10,182 nt of DNA. It comes from Acidobacteriota bacterium (GTDB lineage: Bacteria; Acidobacteriota; UBA4820; DSQY01). Shown here piece by piece: positions 7,412 through 10,182 of this stretch. The DNA is taken from NCBI GenBank assembly GCA_049967655.1, contig JBMFSH010000061.1, forward strand, positions 1 to 10,182, read 5' to 3'. The first letter of the stretch is position 1, and every line of letters starts with the position of its first letter. The position numbers were made by a program, and so were the translations under genes. The notes beneath the pieces are model-generated. The model was not told the DNA's origin. It did not search any database and was given only the letters and a program-made list of their open reading frames with translations.

Positions 7412-7452
7412 GCTTGACAGGCAAGCTACCCCTTGTAAAATTACCTTACAAT
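7412..7452 (+). promoter_or_regulatory. Sigma70-like promoter overlapped by two palindromes, upstream of the activator gene
   Basis: TTGACA (7414-7419)-N16-TAAAAT (7436-7441). Palindromes GCTTG-N5-CAAGC (7412-7426) and TTGTAA-N7-TTACAA (7433-7451), in a locally AT-rich patch. Confidence 0.55.
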
Positions 7453-7491
7453 AGTCCTCTTCTTCGGAGATGTCACCAGACGAGGAGTCCC

Positions 7492-9354
7492 ATGCGCTAT
7501 CTCTTGGAGATCATGCTTCCCGGGCTGGCTTGCATCCATTACCACCTGCGCGGGGAGGGGCCCTGGCGAATCGGGTCGGAGGTCTCCTGTGACATTCCGG
7601 TGCGGGCGCGGGGGGTGTCGCGGGCACACCTGGAACTCTCGCTGGATGGAGGAGGAAGGGTCACCTTCCGGGATCTGGGCAGCACGAACGGCACCTTTCT
7701 TGATGGGGAGCGGGTTCAGTCGGGCCCGTTTCCGGCGGGGGCCAGAGTGGGGCTGGGTGAGGCGCGCCTCATCCTGAAGGAGGCCGTCACCGAGGGGATG
7801 GCCTTCCGCCCGGAGCTGGGGGAGGTGGCCATTTCGGGGACGGTGGACATCCAGGTCTTGCCGGGCCGCGACGGGCTGGCCGGGGCTGGCCGGCGCCTGC
7901 CCTTCCTCTCCATGGTCACCGTGATGGAGCGCGTGCTGGAACTGGGCGTGCCCGGCGTGCCCTATCAGGCGCTCTGCGAGGTGTTCGCGGAGGCCATGGG
8001 ATGCCAGGCGGCCAAGTGCTATGAGTTCTCAGGCCGTTCGCTGACGGTACAGGCGGTCTGCGGCGGGTTCCCCGAGGAGAGGGTTACCCCGGAACTGGCG
8101 CAGGCCGCGGCGTTGCTGCCCAAACCCACGAGCTTCGATGTTCTGGAGGGCGGCCCTGGGGTGCTGAGGGCCCTTTCGGTGCCCGTGGAGGATGCCGGCC
8201 GGCGGCTGGCCTTCGTGGGCATTCTGAAGGAGGGGTTCGATCCCCTCAGACAGGGGCTCGACTCCTTCCTCATGGTGCCGGTGGCGCTGCGGTTCCTGCT
8301 GCACTGGGTGGAGAGCCTCCAGGCCCAGCGGCAGACCTTGGAAACACTGTCTGAGGAGGTCCGGCGTCTTCGGAGCGGCCTGCCCGACGGAAGCGGGCTG
8401 GAGCCCATACTCGGACGCAGTCCGGTCATCGTGGAGGCCCTCGATCTAGCGGACGCGGCCGCCCAGACGGAGATGGGCGTGCTCCTGCTGGGCCCCACGG
8501 GCACGGGCAAGGAGCTCTTCGCCCGGCGCATCCACTGGCTCTCCAAGCGGAGCGGCAGGCCCATGGTGGCCGTGAACTGCTCGAGCATCCCCGCCACCCT
8601 GCTGGAGAGCGAGCTGTTCGGGGCCGAGCGGGGAGCCTACACCGGCAGCGAGGCCCGGCGCGGTGGCTATTTCGGGGAGGCCTCGGGGGGAACCCTCTTC
8701 CTGGACGAGATCGGCGACATGCCCCTGGCCCTGCAGCCCAAGCTGCTGCGAGTGCTGGAAGAGAAGCGCGTCTATCCCCTGGGAAGCTCCAAGGGCAGGC
8801 CGGTGGACGTGCGGGTGATCGCCGCGAGCAACCAGGACTTGAAGGCTATGATGGAGGAGGGGCGCTTCCGGCGGGACCTCTACTACCGTCTGGCGCAGAT
8901 GATCGTCGAGCTTCCGCCGCTGACGGCGAGGCGGGAGGACATCGCCCTGCTGGCGGTGGCTTTCCTTGAGAGGGCGAACAGGGAGGTTGGCAAGAGCATC
9001 AAGGGGTTTGAGGAACCAGCCCTCGGGCTCTTAGCGGCCCACCCTTGGCAGGGCAACGTCCGGGAGTTGCTGGCGACGGTTCGCCGCTTGACCGTCATGG
9101 CCCGCGGGGAAAGCATTGATGCCGGGCTCGTCCGGCGGGCTCTGGACGTTCGGCCCGGGGACGAGAACGGGGGCGCGATGTGGGCGCTGGACTGGCGCGC
9201 CGCCAACGAAGCCTTCGAGCGAGACTATTTGACCCGCCGTATGCGGGACAAGACTGGCTCCATGTCCGCCCTCGCCAAGGAGCTGGGAATCTCCCGGCCC
9301 GCCCTCTACCTCAAGCTCAAGAAATTCGGCCTTCTCGTCGATTCCGAGGTGTAG
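7492..9354 (+). CDS. Sigma54-dependent enhancer-binding protein: FHA, GAF-like middle region, AAA+, Fis-type HTH
   Basis: FHA (IGS...CDI...VSRAH...DLGSTNGTF), Walker A GPTGTGKE, ESELFG..RGAYTGS, Walker B LFLDEIG, QPKLLRVL, FRRDLYYRL, WQGNVREL, HTH AKELGISRPALYLKLKKFGL. ATG 7492 follows GAGGAG and is preferred to the TTG at 7414, which is the -35 box. 620 aa. The GAF assignment is tentative. Confidence 0.93.
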   Translation: MRYLLEIMLPGLACIHYHLRGEGPWRIGSEVSCDIPVRARGVSRAHLELSLDGGGRVTFRDLGSTNGTFLDGERVQSGPFPAGARVGLGEARLILKEAVTEGMAFRPELGEVAISGTVDIQVLPGRDGLAGAGRRLPFLSMVTVMERVLELGVPGVPYQALCEVFAEAMGCQAAKCYEFSGRSLTVQAVCGGFPEERVTPELAQAAALLPKPTSFDVLEGGPGVLRALSVPVEDAGRRLAFVGILKEGFDPLRQGLDSFLMVPVALRFLLHWVESLQAQRQTLETLSEEVRRLRSGLPDGSGLEPILGRSPVIVEALDLADAAAQTEMGVLLLGPTGTGKELFARRIHWLSKRSGRPMVAVNCSSIPATLLESELFGAERGAYTGSEARRGGYFGEASGGTLFLDEIGDMPLALQPKLLRVLEEKRVYPLGSSKGRPVDVRVIAASNQDLKAMMEEGRFRRDLYYRLAQMIVELPPLTARREDIALLAVAFLERANREVGKSIKGFEEPALGLLAAHPWQGNVRELLATVRRLTVMARGESIDAGLVRRALDVRPGDENGGAMWALDWRAANEAFERDYLTRRMRDKTGSMSALAKELGISRPALYLKLKKFGLLVDSEV

Positions 9355-9439
9355 GAGCGTTCGCCTGACGTGGGAGCGCTCCCCCGATCGCGATGGGTGG
9401 GGAGGGGCGAAGAAATCGCCGTCGGGCGACGGCTCCCGC
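9351..9439. repeat. REP-like cluster (inverted 25-bp pair plus one partial copy) between convergent genes
   Basis: GTGGGAGCGCTCCCCCGATCGCGAT (9370-9394) versus the reverse complement of 9415-9439, GCGGGAGCCGTCGCCCGACGGCGAT: 19/25 identical, each with an internal hairpin. Partial copy GTAGGAGCGTTCGCCTGACG at 9351-9370. Confidence 0.7.
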
Positions 9440-9441
9440 GA

Positions 9442-10182
9442 TCACCGGCCGTTGCTTCCCACTGAAGCCAGGACCTGCTGGGCCAGGAGGTAGGGCAGTA
9501 GGCCGGGGCGGAGCTTGGGGAGAATTTCATCGGCCAGCGCCTTGGCGTCCCGCGTGCGGCCGGCCGCGAGGAGGGCCGTGGCGTGGCAGGCCTGCGCGAG
9601 CTGCATGGTCTGGTAGAACCAGAACTCGCAGGGGGCTCGCTCGGACAGGCGCCTTTCGGCTTCGAGGCAGTCGGAGACGGCGGCGTTGGGGTGGCCGAGG
9701 CTGAGGCGGGCCATGGCGCGCGCGATGAGGCATTCGCCCGCGGCGTCAGGGTTGCGCCGGAGCGAATCGGTCATGGCCGCCACGTCGCCCGGCTGGATCT
9801 CGTGCAGGCGCCAGCGCGCGAGACACGCGATGGCCTCGCCTTCGGGCGCGAGGTCGTAGGAGCCGAGGTGCGTGTCCGCCTGGATGGATTCGTTCCACCA
9901 GAGGCGGGCACGGGCTTCAAAGACTTGTCCTACTTCGCTCGAACCACCCTTGTTACTCATCGAGATCTCTTCGGCTTTGAGAAGGTCGCCATCGTGCATT
10001 TCAATGGCCAGTCGCATCATGACCTTTAGGCACAACCAATCCCCGGCCGGTGTATGTCCGTCCAGGTAGCCGTTTTCTAATACGTGCTGGGCCCTAGAAA
10101 GGTGTCCCTCAATTGCCAACAGTTCCCCGAGGTTGAGGGTCAGCGAGTCGTTAAACCCATCCTCGTTCAGGGCCTGTTCGAG
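9442..10182 (-). CDS. C-terminal 246 aa of a larger alpha-helical, TPR-like protein (5' end outside window)
   Basis: The frame stays open from the TGA at 9442-9444 to the window end (LEQALNEDGFNDSLTLNLGELLAIEGHLSRAQHVLE...), so the TTG at 10119 is probably not the start. TPR-like helices: NLGELLAIEGHLSRAQHVLE, RAMARLSLGHPNAAVSDCLEA, HATALLAAGRTRDAKALADE. Confidence 0.75.
   Translation of the reverse strand, partial: LEQALNEDGFNDSLTLNLGELLAIEGHLSRAQHVLENGYLDGHTPAGDWLCLKVMMRLAIEMHDGDLLKAEEISMSNKGGSSEVGQVFEARARLWWNESIQADTHLGSYDLAPEGEAIACLARWRLHEIQPGDVAAMTDSLRRNPDAAGECLIARAMARLSLGHPNAAVSDCLEAERRLSERAPCEFWFYQTMQLAQACHATALLAAGRTRDAKALADEILPKLRPGLLPYLLAQQVLASVGSNGR

Noticed and set aside
9393..10069. 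ORFs 9393..9704 +, 9527..9733 -, 9583..10029 + and 9872..10069 +
   Set aside because: Shadows of the minus-strand TPR-like CDS.

Overview
GC-rich bacterial chromosomal segment, mostly housekeeping, with nine coding regions. In order: a secreted or membrane-anchored hypothetical protein running off the left edge (minus strand, missed by the ORF track), der/engA (-), a DUF59 Fe-S assembly factor (+), ispH (+), a membrane-anchored GGDEF diguanylate cyclase (+), trxB (-), a CBS-like cysteine synthase-family enzyme (-), an FHA-sigma54 AAA+-HTH activator (+), and the helical, TPR-like C-terminus of a convergent gene running off the right edge (-). No RNA genes, CRISPR array or transposase were seen. 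I cannot demonstrate a new multi-gene system from this window. The best leads are: (i) a 144-bp nested inverted-repeat element with heptamer arms in the der leader, able to form alternative structures over the RBS; (ii) a GTAG/GTGG-type REP cluster at 9351-9439; (iii) the FHA-sigma54 activator with atypical motifs, a palindromic operator over its promoter and a convergent TPR-like neighbour; (iv) a diguanylate cyclase that appears to have lost its sensor domain.
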